This document shows positions 11,552 through 20,749 of a stretch of DNA of 59,583 nt, piece after piece. The notes beneath the pieces were generated by a model. It did no database searches. It was given only the letters and a program-made list of their open reading frames with translations, and was not told the origin of the DNA. Both the position numbers and the translations under genes were made by a program. The stretch's first letter is position 1. Each line of letters starts with the position of its first letter. The stretch is from a virus (lineage: Duplodnaviria; Caudoviricetes): positions 1 to 59,583 of IMG/VR virus record IMGVR_UViG_3300028025_004323. One strand, written 5' to 3'.

Positions 11552-11860
11552 ATGGAAATATTATTATGGGCATTTATGGCCTACGGAATGACAAACATTT
11601 TAATTTGGGGTTCTATTTTTGAAAACCAACGTATATGGATAAAGGCACACTCAAAATTTTTTGGTGACTTAATAGGTTGCACATTGTGCACTTCAACTTG
11701 GGTTGGATTTTTTATGTCACTTGTTTTGGGTAGCATAACAACAAAGTATTTTGATACCCTTTGGATTATTAATCTATTCTTTGATGGTATGTTTACCGCA
11801 GGAATAGTTTGGGCAATAAACGGAATCGTCGAATTTTTTGAAGAAAGTAGAATTAAGTAA
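11552..11860 (+). CDS. Small membrane protein with a CxxC motif (DUF1360-like)
   Basis: Three hydrophobic segments and 'LIGCTLCTSTWVG'. Confidence 0.6.
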   Translation: MEILLWAFMAYGMTNILIWGSIFENQRIWIKAHSKFFGDLIGCTLCTSTWVGFFMSLVLGSITTKYFDTLWIINLFFDGMFTAGIVWAINGIVEFFEESRIK

Positions 11861-11861
11861 T

Positions 11862-12521
11862 ATGTCACAACAAAAAAGAAAATTTAGATACATAAGGATT
11901 AATGGTAAGGTAATCCAAGACCCATTTGATGATGAGGATATGAGAAAACTTTTCATATCATTTGCGGAAAAAGTATTGGGATTAAAATTCATTAGCGGTA
12001 CCAAATATGGTATTGATTTAGTATGTGTAGACAACCCATCATGGGGTGCTGAAGGTGAAAATGGTTCATTTCAGGGAGATAGATGGGCAGGTAATCAACA
12101 AGATATTTTTAATCTCGGATTTGCGGGTCTTAATATGCAAAATTGGAAATGGTTTTATTTTGGGTTGGGTGAATTGTCTGAAAGAAATACTGGCAAATGG
12201 TTGACATCACATCCAGGTCATGATAAAAATATATATTTTAGAGTTAATGCACAATTTGACCAAATTTGTATGGTAGAAGCTCAAACAATAAAAGACTTTA
12301 ATAAAATCAAATTTGTCTTTAATAGGAAAGTTAGTAATAGTGATGATCCGGAAGATTGGATAGTAATACCAAAAGAGTTTGTACGTACATTTAATAAACA
12401 ACCCAACGGAGAATGGTTAGAAAATGGACCATATTGCGGACCAACACAAAAAGAATTAGAGGATATGGAAAAAGAATTTACTCAACAAAGAGTAAGAGAA
12501 GTTATGTTTGCAAATAAATAA
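11862..12521 (+). CDS. Hypothetical protein, possibly a divergent PD-(D/E)XK-fold nuclease
   Basis: ATG at 11862 directly follows the previous stop; 'YGIDLV...WGAEGE' acidic motif; Trp-rich. Confidence 0.5.
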   Translation: MSQQKRKFRYIRINGKVIQDPFDDEDMRKLFISFAEKVLGLKFISGTKYGIDLVCVDNPSWGAEGENGSFQGDRWAGNQQDIFNLGFAGLNMQNWKWFYFGLGELSERNTGKWLTSHPGHDKNIYFRVNAQFDQICMVEAQTIKDFNKIKFVFNRKVSNSDDPEDWIVIPKEFVRTFNKQPNGEWLENGPYCGPTQKELEDMEKEFTQQRVREVMFANK

Positions 12522-12528
12522 TTAATTA

Positions 12529-14862
12529 ATGAACCCATTTATAAAAGTAACTTGGCAAGACGTACCTGAGAATTTTACACCTGAAAAAATCAGGAGAGTA
12601 AAGTCATACTTTCAGGAGAAATACAATTCCAAGAACGTACAAGTAATTACAAAGACATTAGCGAATGTTAATGAAACTCGTTTGGAGTCTTTAGAGGCAT
12701 CTGATAATATTTTGGACCATCAGTACCAAAAGAAATTAATGAAAGATTTCATTAAGGATAATTCTATCGATATTAAATGGGAATTGGTTGATAGGTTAGA
12801 TAATAAAGTTAATACACAGATAGATAAATTAAATGAAAACAAAGTCAGATACAACAAATGGTTCATTAAAAGAGTCGAGTTTTCTAATTTTTTATCTTTT
12901 GGTGATTCTAATGTTATTGACTTCACTGGCCTCGATGGTATTACAGTAATAGAATCAACACCCAAAAATTTTGGAGGCAAGTCCACATCATCCGTAGATT
13001 TATTAATGTTTCTTTTCTTCAACTCAACAACTAAAACCAAAACCAATGGTGAAATCTTTAATAGATTCACCGATAAGGATGAAGTTAGTGTACGAGGTGA
13101 AATAACAATCGATGGAGATGATTATGTTATTGAAAGAAAAACATTAAGAAAGAAATCAAAATCAGGAGATTATACAGTTACCAATAAACTTGAATTCTAT
13201 AAAAGAAAAGAAGACGGGGAAATTGAAAATCTTTCGGGTGAACAAAGAAGAGAAACCGAATCGTTTATTGCATCTGCAATTGGTACTGAGGAAGATTTCC
13301 TCTCAACTATTTTAACCACTGGTTATAATTTAGAAGAACTTATTGAATCTAAACCAACGGCTAGAGGTCAAATCCTCACCAAATTTTTGGGTTTAGAAAG
13401 TTTGAAAGCAAAGGAAGAAATTGCAAAAGAAATTTATAACGATTGGAGTAAGAAGTTAGTATCTAACACATATAACAAAGTAACTTTAGAATTGGACATA
13501 ACCAATTATAAGGAAAGTCTTAGTAATTCCGAGAATGAAATTGAGCGACTCACAAAAGAGTTAGGTAAGTTTCAAAAGGAATTAGAAAAGTTAGAAGGTA
13601 AAAGAGATGAGGTTTTCTTAAAAAGAAATAATGACGTTGATAGGGAACTAATCAACACAAACCCAACGTTACTACAAAGAGAAATCAACGATTTAACAAC
13701 ACAAAGAAACACAAGTCAAACCAATGTTGATGGTGTCACCGTAATTGAACCTTCACAATTCTACCACGAGGATCAACATAAAGAGTTGAGAGGTCAGATG
13801 GCAAATCTTCAGGGAATTGATATTGCATACAAATACGAAAAAGGTGATAAGGAAAAATTAATAAAACAATTTGAAGAAGGAACCGTTTGCCCAACTTGTA
13901 ATCGTGCATTAGATGAGGTAGACCATACAGATGAAATCGAAAAGATTAAAAAAGAAATCGAAGACATCATCAAGGAGATGGAATTAAATCAAATACAGTT
14001 TGATTTATTAAAAGAACAGGAGAAAGGATTTGAAACATTAAAAACTGAGTTTGAAACTTACGAAAGAAATAAACTTCGTAAAGCTCGTTATGAATTGGAA
14101 GTTGAACAAAAACAATTAGAGATTGATAGTAAACAAAAAAGATTAGACAATTACGAAAGTAATAAAAAGAAACTTGAAGACAACCAAAAGATTGACGCTG
14201 AAGTCATTGCACTTAAAACTAAAATAGAAACTGCGAACGGAGACATCAGACAAACAAATACCAGTATTGAAAAACATACCAATAACATTACAAACATGAA
14301 TGAGAAGATTGGTATCAATGAAGAGTTAATTAAAAAGATTATCGCAGAGGAAGAATTGTCTGCGGTGTTTAAAATCTATTTAACTGTTTATGGTAAGAAC
14401 GGTATCTCTAAGATTATTCTTAAGAATATGATCCCATTAATCAATCAGGAGTTGTATCGATTATTGGTAGACAGTTGTCACTTCATTTTAGAGATGAATA
14501 TAAACGATAAGAACGAGGTTGAATTTATTATGATAGATACTGAGACCCGAATCGTTAAACCTCTTAATGCGGGGTCTGGTTACGAAAGAACCATATCATC
14601 ATTAGCACTTCGTAGTGTGTTAACCAAGATATCGTCGTTACCTAAACCAAACATTGTGGTTATGGATGAAGTGTTCGGAAAGATTGCTGATGAGAACTTG
14701 GAAATGGTGGGAGAATTCTTTAAAAAGATTAAAAATTACTTTGACCACATACTTGTTATATCACACAATTCTTTAATACGTAACTGGTCGGATAACATCA
14801 TTATGATTAAAAAAGAGGAGAACGTATCGTCCATAGATTTTATTACAACAAAAATTTCTTAA
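12529..14862 (+). CDS. sbcC: SbcC/Rad50/gp46-like ATPase with an N-terminal extension
   Basis: 'EFSNFLSFG', Walker A-like 'NFGGKST', long coiled coils around a CPTC zinc hook, signature-like 'GSGYE', Walker B 'IVVMDE' and H-loop 'VISHN'. Confidence 0.88.
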   Translation: MNPFIKVTWQDVPENFTPEKIRRVKSYFQEKYNSKNVQVITKTLANVNETRLESLEASDNILDHQYQKKLMKDFIKDNSIDIKWELVDRLDNKVNTQIDKLNENKVRYNKWFIKRVEFSNFLSFGDSNVIDFTGLDGITVIESTPKNFGGKSTSSVDLLMFLFFNSTTKTKTNGEIFNRFTDKDEVSVRGEITIDGDDYVIERKTLRKKSKSGDYTVTNKLEFYKRKEDGEIENLSGEQRRETESFIASAIGTEEDFLSTILTTGYNLEELIESKPTARGQILTKFLGLESLKAKEEIAKEIYNDWSKKLVSNTYNKVTLELDITNYKESLSNSENEIERLTKELGKFQKELEKLEGKRDEVFLKRNNDVDRELINTNPTLLQREINDLTTQRNTSQTNVDGVTVIEPSQFYHEDQHKELRGQMANLQGIDIAYKYEKGDKEKLIKQFEEGTVCPTCNRALDEVDHTDEIEKIKKEIEDIIKEMELNQIQFDLLKEQEKGFETLKTEFETYERNKLRKARYELEVEQKQLEIDSKQKRLDNYESNKKKLEDNQKIDAEVIALKTKIETANGDIRQTNTSIEKHTNNITNMNEKIGINEELIKKIIAEEELSAVFKIYLTVYGKNGISKIILKNMIPLINQELYRLLVDSCHFILEMNINDKNEVEFIMIDTETRIVKPLNAGSGYERTISSLALRSVLTKISSLPKPNIVVMDEVFGKIADENLEMVGEFFKKIKNYFDHILVISHNSLIRNWSDNIIMIKKEENVSSIDFITTKIS

Positions 14863-14878
14863 TGTCATTAATTTGACA

Positions 14879-14886
14879 TATATTTG
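14879..14886 (+). promoter_or_regulatory. Bacteroidota-type -7 promoter element TATATTTG upstream of clpP
   Basis: Exact match to the Bacteroides TAnnTTTG consensus, about 21 nt upstream of the ATG. Confidence 0.5.
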
Positions 14887-14907
14887 TAAAACATAAACAA
14901 AACATAT

Positions 14908-15588
14908 ATGAGTCAGAAAGAAAAATTTTATAACGATTTTCAATCGTTTGCCAAAAGTGTTGGTGTTAGTTCATTAAAACAACATTATGTTGGAGAACAA
15001 ATTAAAAGTAGTTTAACTCCTTACGTTTTAGAAGAGAGATCTATGAACGCAACCGCTTTAGATATCTTTAGCCGTATGATGTATGATCGTATTATTTTTT
15101 TGGCGGGAGAAGTAAACGATACTATGGCTATGTATACCATTGCACAATTACAATATTTGGATAGTGTTGATGCGAACGACATCACATTCCAAATCAATAG
15201 TCCAGGTGGAAGTGTTTCTAGTGGTTTAGGTATTATTGATACAATGAAATATATTAAATGTGATGTTAGAACAATTAATTTAATACTTGCAGCATCAATG
15301 GGGTCTCTTATATTAGGTGCAGGTACGAAGGGTAAAAGATGTTCTTTACCAAATGCTAAAACAATGATTCACCAATCTTCTGGTGGTTTTGGTGGTGAAT
15401 TTGCAGCTGCAGAAATTCAATTTAAAGAATGGACAAAAACAAATGATAAAATATTTACAATGTTGGGTGAGTATACAGATAAAACATCCGAACAAGTAAA
15501 AAAAGATGCGATTCGTGATTTGTGGTTAGATGCGGAAGAGGCGGTGGAGTATAAAATAATTGATGAGATAATAAAGGATAGAAAATGA
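14908..15588 (+). CDS. clpP: ATP-dependent Clp protease proteolytic subunit
   Basis: 'DIFSRMMYDRIIFL', 'INSPGGSV', catalytic Ser in 'AASMGS', His in 'MIHQ' and Asp in 'RDLWLDA'. Confidence 0.92.
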   Translation: MSQKEKFYNDFQSFAKSVGVSSLKQHYVGEQIKSSLTPYVLEERSMNATALDIFSRMMYDRIIFLAGEVNDTMAMYTIAQLQYLDSVDANDITFQINSPGGSVSSGLGIIDTMKYIKCDVRTINLILAASMGSLILGAGTKGKRCSLPNAKTMIHQSSGGFGGEFAAAEIQFKEWTKTNDKIFTMLGEYTDKTSEQVKKDAIRDLWLDAEEAVEYKIIDEIIKDRK

Positions 15589-15597
15589 TAAAATTAT

Positions 15598-15620
15598 AAC
15601 CCCCTTAATTGGGGGTTTTT
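15598..15620. terminator. Intrinsic terminator between the convergent clpP and endonuclease genes
   Basis: AACCCCC-TTAATT-GGGGGTT hairpin followed by a T-run. Confidence 0.6.
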
Positions 15621-16330
15621 AATTGATTAGCAATTCTTCCGGTACCTAAAAAATCACCCCAAGAAACCCAACCTCTTTTTTTATAATAACGTTCAGGTCT
15701 ATTTGGTATATTATCAGGTATTAAATTATTTTTACTAAATTCTTTATATTTTAACCCCGTTTTAATATTTAGATTTTTGATTATTTTTTTAGCATCATTA
15801 TAATTTAAATAATTAACATTATTATCCCATAATCTTCCGGTACCTAAAAAATCACCCCAAGAAACCCATCCTTTATTCAAGAAAACTTCTCTAGGATTAT
15901 TAGGTATAAAAATAGGTAAATCATTAGTTTTAATATATTCATACCATTTTGATTTAGAATTAATTTTTGTATTAGATTTAACCCAAAGTTTAACCTCATT
16001 AAATGGTAATTTATATATTAAACCAGCACCACCCATTCCGCCGGTTGATGTATTTGTTAAATTATTAAATTTTTTAATATATTTGATTTCAATTTCTTGC
16101 CATTTATTTTTATTACATTCTTCTAAGATAACATAACCAATATTGAAATTAATACTTTTTAACCATCTATCTTTATGAGTTAATATTTTATTATGTTTAA
16201 ATGAATATTTTGTATTTTGTATATGTCTTTTTAACCTTTTTAAGGGATTATCGGCTTTACCAATATACCTAATTTCATTAGGGTGGTTAATGTCAAATAA
16301 TCCGTAAATGTATGTTTTATTGTTTTCCAT
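15605..16330 (-). CDS. GIY-YIG homing-endonuclease-like protein with C-terminal 'GWVSWGDFLGTGR' repeats
   Basis: 'YIYGL...IRYIGKA...RLKRH...E...LTN' GIY-YIG pattern; two copies of P.NP...KGWVSWGDFLGTG; oriented opposite to its neighbours. Confidence 0.75.
   Translation of the reverse strand: MENNKTYIYGLFDINHPNEIRYIGKADNPLKRLKRHIQNTKYSFKHNKILTHKDRWLKSINFNIGYVILEECNKNKWQEIEIKYIKKFNNLTNTSTGGMGGAGLIYKLPFNEVKLWVKSNTKINSKSKWYEYIKTNDLPIFIPNNPREVFLNKGWVSWGDFLGTGRLWDNNVNYLNYNDAKKIIKNLNIKTGLKYKEFSKNNLIPDNIPNRPERYYKKRGWVSWGDFLGTGRIANQLKTPN
15637..15869 (-). repeat. Near-identical ~35-bp direct repeat inside the endonuclease gene
   Basis: TTCCGGTACCTAAAAAATCACCCCAAGAAACCCA occurs at about 15637 and about 15835. 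Confidence 0.8.
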
Positions 16331-16443
16331 ATATTATAAATATAATTAAAAAAAGAAAAAATCATAGTTATTATTCGGGGGGTTAAGTAATTTACCGATA
16401 TTCTAAAAGATAAAATCTTCATATTTATAATAAAACATATAAT

Positions 16444-16779
16444 ATGAAGATTGATAAAACAAACATCCTATTAGTTTTGATTGCTTGTTTAGCCGCTTAT
16501 ACCATATTCCAAAATCAAGGTATAAAAACTGACGTTGCAGCATATAACGCTAAAATTGAATCCTTACAAAAAGAGATAGATTCTGTTTATACTGCAAATA
16601 AAGAAATAGACAATCAAATCGAAAAGGTCGATAATCACATTGTTAATGTTGATAAACAAATCGACAACGTAACAAAAAACATAACTATTATTAAAAACAA
16701 CACAGATGAAAAAGTTAATTCTATTATCACTATTGGTAATGTTGAGCTTGAGCAGTTATTCACAAACAGATACAACTAA
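16444..16779 (+). CDS. Membrane-anchored coiled-coil protein (spanin-like candidate)
   Basis: N-terminal hydrophobic segment with a possible lipobox LIAC, then heptad-rich sequence; TATTTATA at 16422. Confidence 0.55.
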   Translation: MKIDKTNILLVLIACLAAYTIFQNQGIKTDVAAYNAKIESLQKEIDSVYTANKEIDNQIEKVDNHIVNVDKQIDNVTKNITIIKNNTDEKVNSIITIGNVELEQLFTNRYN

Positions 16780-17131
16780 AGTTACTGTATTAGATACAAC
16801 TAAAGTCACCCTACCAACAAGAGTTGCTAGATTGGCCTTTCAAGATTTACTTCGTTATGACGGAGCAAAATTAGAGATTGTTGAATTAAACAATGTTATT
16901 GGTTTAAAAGACCAACAAATTAATTTATTCAAACAAAAAGACACACTTAAGGATCAAAAGATTTCTAATCTTGAATTGATAATCAACAAAAAAGATGAAC
17001 AATTTGGTTTAGAAAGACAAAAGTCGGAAAGTCTATTAAAAGAATTAAAAGGACAGAGAAGAAAGACTTTTTTATATAAGGTAGGGTCTTTCGCGGGAAT
17101 AATTATGACATCCTTATACCTACTTAAGTAA
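16706..17131 (+). CDS. Secreted coiled-coil protein with a C-terminal TM helix (spanin-like candidate)
   Basis: Signal peptide MKKLILLSLLVMLSLSSYS-Q, a coiled coil and a C-terminal hydrophobic helix; overlaps the upstream gene. Confidence 0.55.
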   Translation: MKKLILLSLLVMLSLSSYSQTDTTKVTVLDTTKVTLPTRVARLAFQDLLRYDGAKLEIVELNNVIGLKDQQINLFKQKDTLKDQKISNLELIINKKDEQFGLERQKSESLLKELKGQRRKTFLYKVGSFAGIIMTSLYLLK

Positions 17132-17788
17132 ATGAAAAAACATTTCAACGCCAAGAATATTACGATTGTTATTTTAATAATTTTATTATTCTTGGTATTT
17201 TTAAATCCTGGTGGACATCTACCCACAAGAACAAAATATGTACCTCAAACAGATTCAATTCCCTATGCCGTTCATGATACGGTAACTGTGGATTCATTAG
17301 TTGAAGTGGAAGTGGAGGTTGAAGTACCCGTTGAAGTAGAGGTTGAGAAAAGAGTAGAGGTTCCAGTTTATCAGGTGATAGACACTATGGAAATATTAAA
17401 AGTACATTTTGCGAAGGTACAACACAAAGAAGTATTAACGTTACCAAATAATCAAGGAACGGTTACACTTATAGATACTATATCTAAAAATAGTATTGTT
17501 AATAGAAAGTTCATTGCAGATGTTAAACGTATGATTGTTACAGACACCGTTTACACACAAATACCAAGAAAAACTGAGGCTTATTTAGGTATTGATGCTA
17601 AATTTGATAAACCTAACGTTGTGAATATCATAGGTGTGAGCATGTTATTTAAAAATAAAGATGACAACCACATGTATAGAGTGGGAGTCGGGGTTACAAA
17701 TAGAGTGGATGACCAAGGTACTAATGGTAGTTTAACTCCATTTATTGGTGGAGGGGTTTATTGGAAGTTAAAGTTTAAAAGAAACTAA
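17132..17788 (+). CDS. Membrane-anchored protein with VEVEV repeats and C-terminal amphipathic beta strands
   Basis: N-terminal TM, DT-rich linker, ending 'PFIGGGVYWKLKFKRN'. Confidence 0.6.
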   Translation: MKKHFNAKNITIVILIILLFLVFLNPGGHLPTRTKYVPQTDSIPYAVHDTVTVDSLVEVEVEVEVPVEVEVEKRVEVPVYQVIDTMEILKVHFAKVQHKEVLTLPNNQGTVTLIDTISKNSIVNRKFIADVKRMIVTDTVYTQIPRKTEAYLGIDAKFDKPNVVNIIGVSMLFKNKDDNHMYRVGVGVTNRVDDQGTNGSLTPFIGGGVYWKLKFKRN

Positions 17789-17795
17789 ATTTGAT

Positions 17796-18239
17796 ATGAA
17801 AACATTCATATTATTTATTTTTGGTATGTTTGAAGACCACGAAGATATAGAGTATTTTTGTAATGAGATATTAAGTGAGTCGCCGACAATTAATTCCGTA
17901 AGGTATGTTATAGAGAATTCTCAGAACATTATTGTTATATTTGATTCTGAAACGGATTACAAGACTCTTTCACAAGATTTATATACATTGTTAATGAATG
18001 ACAATGTTAAATTTTATTTTATATTTGATAGGGATAGTTTAGTTACAGCCCACTTACCACAACAAGTAAAGGATTTCATCTTTAAACCAAGTGGTACATC
18101 TACGATGATTAGGGTAGATTATGATAAGAACTCAAGTCCAAGTATGGATTTAGACGAATTATTAGATAAAATAGAACAAATGGGGATTGATAGTCTTACC
18201 CCCGAGGAAAAAAATTTCCTAGACAATTTTGCAAAGTAA
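17796..18239 (+). CDS. Hypothetical protein with a C-terminal DUF6576-like motif
   Basis: 'LDELLDKIEQMGIDSLTPEEKNFL' resembles the C-terminal motif of Bacteroidota rhomboid-associated proteins. Confidence 0.6.
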   Translation: MKTFILFIFGMFEDHEDIEYFCNEILSESPTINSVRYVIENSQNIIVIFDSETDYKTLSQDLYTLLMNDNVKFYFIFDRDSLVTAHLPQQVKDFIFKPSGTSTMIRVDYDKNSSPSMDLDELLDKIEQMGIDSLTPEEKNFLDNFAK

Positions 18240-18258
18240 AAAAAATTACTTATCTTTA
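18228..18258 (+). promoter_or_regulatory. Bacteroidota-like -33/-7 promoter upstream of the sigma factor gene
   Basis: TTTG (18228-31), a 19-nt spacer, then TATCTTTA (18251-58). Confidence 0.45.
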
Positions 18259-18293
18259 TCCTACTATCACGTCACTATTAAATTATTCATTTT

Positions 18294-19106
18294 ATGAAGA
18301 AATCTATCATCACCAATACTGAGGAAATCCAACAGTACATCAAAGACATTCGTAAAATTTCTGTTATTTCTCACGAAAGACAAGAAGAAATTTTTACATT
18401 ACTGAATGATAAAAAAATTAGTAAGGAGTTAAAGTCAAAATTACACGAAGAATTAGTTGTGGGTAATTTAAGATTTGTTATTTCTGTTGCAAAAATGTAC
18501 CAAAACCAAGGAATGGATATTATGGATTTAATATCAGAAGGTAATATTGGTCTTATAAAGGCAGCAGAAAGATTTGATCCAACAAGTGGATTAAAATTCA
18601 TCTCATATGCGGTTTGGTGGGTTAGACAATCCATTATGGCATCTCTAAATGAAAATGCAAGAACTATCCGACTACCATCAAACTTAATTCAAGAAGCTCA
18701 AAAGGCAAAGAAAGAAGAGGTGAGTGATGAAGATAGATTTTACACTGGTGCTAACGAAGAACAACCAATTGCCACTAACTTACCATATTGTGTAGGTTTA
18801 TATAAAACCATCAATGAAGAGGGAGACCAATTGATTGATATGATTCCAAATAAAGAGGCTGAAAGTCCTGATGCAATTCTTAATTCACCAGAAGAAATAA
18901 AGAAAAAGGTTGCGTTAATGTTAAATGTTTTAGATGAAAGAGAAAAGATAATCATCGAAAGATATTATGGATTAACAGGAATTGAATCCAATTTAGATGA
19001 TTTAGGTGAAGAGTTTGGTTGTACCAAAGAACGTATCAGACAATTACGTGATAAAGCCATTAAGAAGTTAAGAAACGAGAGTTTTGGTCTTCTAAACTAT
19101 TTATAA
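18294..19106 (+). CDS. rpoD: RNA polymerase sigma70-family factor, Bacteroidota RpoD-like
   Basis: Region 2 'NLRFVISVAKMYQNQG...DLISEGNIGLIKAAERFDP...KFISYAVWWVRQSI'; region 4 HTH 'LGEEFGCTKERIRQLRDKAIKKLR'. Confidence 0.9.
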   Translation: MKKSIITNTEEIQQYIKDIRKISVISHERQEEIFTLLNDKKISKELKSKLHEELVVGNLRFVISVAKMYQNQGMDIMDLISEGNIGLIKAAERFDPTSGLKFISYAVWWVRQSIMASLNENARTIRLPSNLIQEAQKAKKEEVSDEDRFYTGANEEQPIATNLPYCVGLYKTINEEGDQLIDMIPNKEAESPDAILNSPEEIKKKVALMLNVLDEREKIIIERYYGLTGIESNLDDLGEEFGCTKERIRQLRDKAIKKLRNESFGLLNYL

Positions 19107-19111
19107 TTTAT

Positions 19112-20749
19112 ATGAATAATAATTGGTTAAAGATTTTAGTTGGTTTATCTGCGGTATTAATTGCTGGGACTGCAGCTTATTTTTCAGTAACAGGGTTAGG
19201 TGTTTTATTTAGTGGAGCGGCAATTGCTGTTATGGTTATGGCGGGTTCACTCGAATTTGCGAAACTTGTTACCGCCACTTATTTAAAACAAAAATGGACT
19301 GAAATAAAAGGTTTTAATAAATGGTATTTATCATTTGCCGTTGCGGTTTTAATGTTAATAACGTCGGCCGGCATCTTTGGTTACTTATCAAATGCATTCC
19401 AACAACAAAACTTAAAACTTGACCAAGTAGAAAGAGAAATATCGGTTTACCAAAATCAAATTACAAAAAATGACGGTGAAATTGCTCGTTATACAACACA
19501 ATTAACCAACCAACAAAATATTCGTAACTCACAAGAATCAAATTTATCTAAACAAATTGATAAAGACAAATCAACAGCTAGAGTTACACAGATGATTCGT
19601 ACCGCGGATAAAGAAATAAGTTCCATATCTAATCGAATTGATGAATTAACAAAACAAAATAATGTTGCGTTAGATTCAATAAATGCAATTAAAAATAATA
19701 ACATTAGTATTGAAAGAGAAGTTGGTGGATTTAGATTTGTTGCAGAGTCGTTTGGTGTTGAATTAAATTCGGTAGTTAAATTTTTTATAATCTTAATTGT
19801 TATTGTATTTGACCCATTAGCTATTGCGTTGGTAATTGCATTTAACCAGTTAATGATGAATAAAAGAAAAGAAGAAGATGAAGATGTCATTTCCAAACCC
19901 GAAGATTTAAAAGATTTTGTTGATGAAACAACAAGAGTACGATTATCCGAAAGAGATTTGGAAATATTGGAGAAACATTTATTAAATCCCGAAGGTCCAA
20001 ATGAAAAATTAAAAGAGGCTGCTCAAAAATATAGTGATAAAGTAAGGGAAAAACATGTACCGATTAAGGATTTTAATGTTGATGAAAAATGGGATGGAAT
20101 ATCTCAAGAGGTTTGGGATAGAATGGAATCGATTGAAAAGCAAAGAGAATCCATTCATGGACCAATAACCGAAGAAGACTCACCACCAACAGGTGCATTT
20201 GCTAATAGTGAACATAGAGAAAAGTTAGAACAAAGAAATACTTTGGTGGAAATAATGAAGAATGACCAAGAGTTAGGGTTATATGATGAACCGTTTGATA
20301 ACCCGATGATTAAAGAATCTGAAAGACTTACAAAAATGGACGAAGAATTGAAATTACAAGAAGAAGAATACGACGACGATGATATTTCGGATTGGGATGC
20401 AACTTTAATGGATGGGTTAGAAGACGAACCACCATTCTTTACCGATGAAGAAATTGAGAAAATTTTACAAGAACAACCAACCGAAGAAGAAATTGAGGAA
20501 AATTTTTCCACTATAGAACCAAATATGGAGAATATTTTCCAAGATGAGGATTACTTAACAGATGCAATCTTGGAATTTAATCAACAATCAATGGAGGAAG
20601 AATTCGACGAATCAATACCCGAAGAGGAACAAACGTTTGGTTTAGACATTAAACAACTAAACGAAACATTAGAAGAAGTTAACAAAGAGATAGACGCTGA
20701 AATTGAAGAGACACCACCAACGGAGAGTGTTGAAAAAAAAAAATATTGA
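19112..20749 (+). CDS. Multi-pass membrane protein with a coiled coil and a long acidic tail
   Basis: Three N-terminal hydrophobic helices, a coiled coil, TM 'FFIILIVIVFDPLAIALVIA' and a Glu/Asp-rich C-terminus. Confidence 0.75.
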   Translation: MNNNWLKILVGLSAVLIAGTAAYFSVTGLGVLFSGAAIAVMVMAGSLEFAKLVTATYLKQKWTEIKGFNKWYLSFAVAVLMLITSAGIFGYLSNAFQQQNLKLDQVEREISVYQNQITKNDGEIARYTTQLTNQQNIRNSQESNLSKQIDKDKSTARVTQMIRTADKEISSISNRIDELTKQNNVALDSINAIKNNNISIEREVGGFRFVAESFGVELNSVVKFFIILIVIVFDPLAIALVIAFNQLMMNKRKEEDEDVISKPEDLKDFVDETTRVRLSERDLEILEKHLLNPEGPNEKLKEAAQKYSDKVREKHVPIKDFNVDEKWDGISQEVWDRMESIEKQRESIHGPITEEDSPPTGAFANSEHREKLEQRNTLVEIMKNDQELGLYDEPFDNPMIKESERLTKMDEELKLQEEEYDDDDISDWDATLMDGLEDEPPFFTDEEIEKILQEQPTEEEIEENFSTIEPNMENIFQDEDYLTDAILEFNQQSMEEEFDESIPEEEQTFGLDIKQLNETLEEVNKEIDAEIEETPPTESVEKKKY

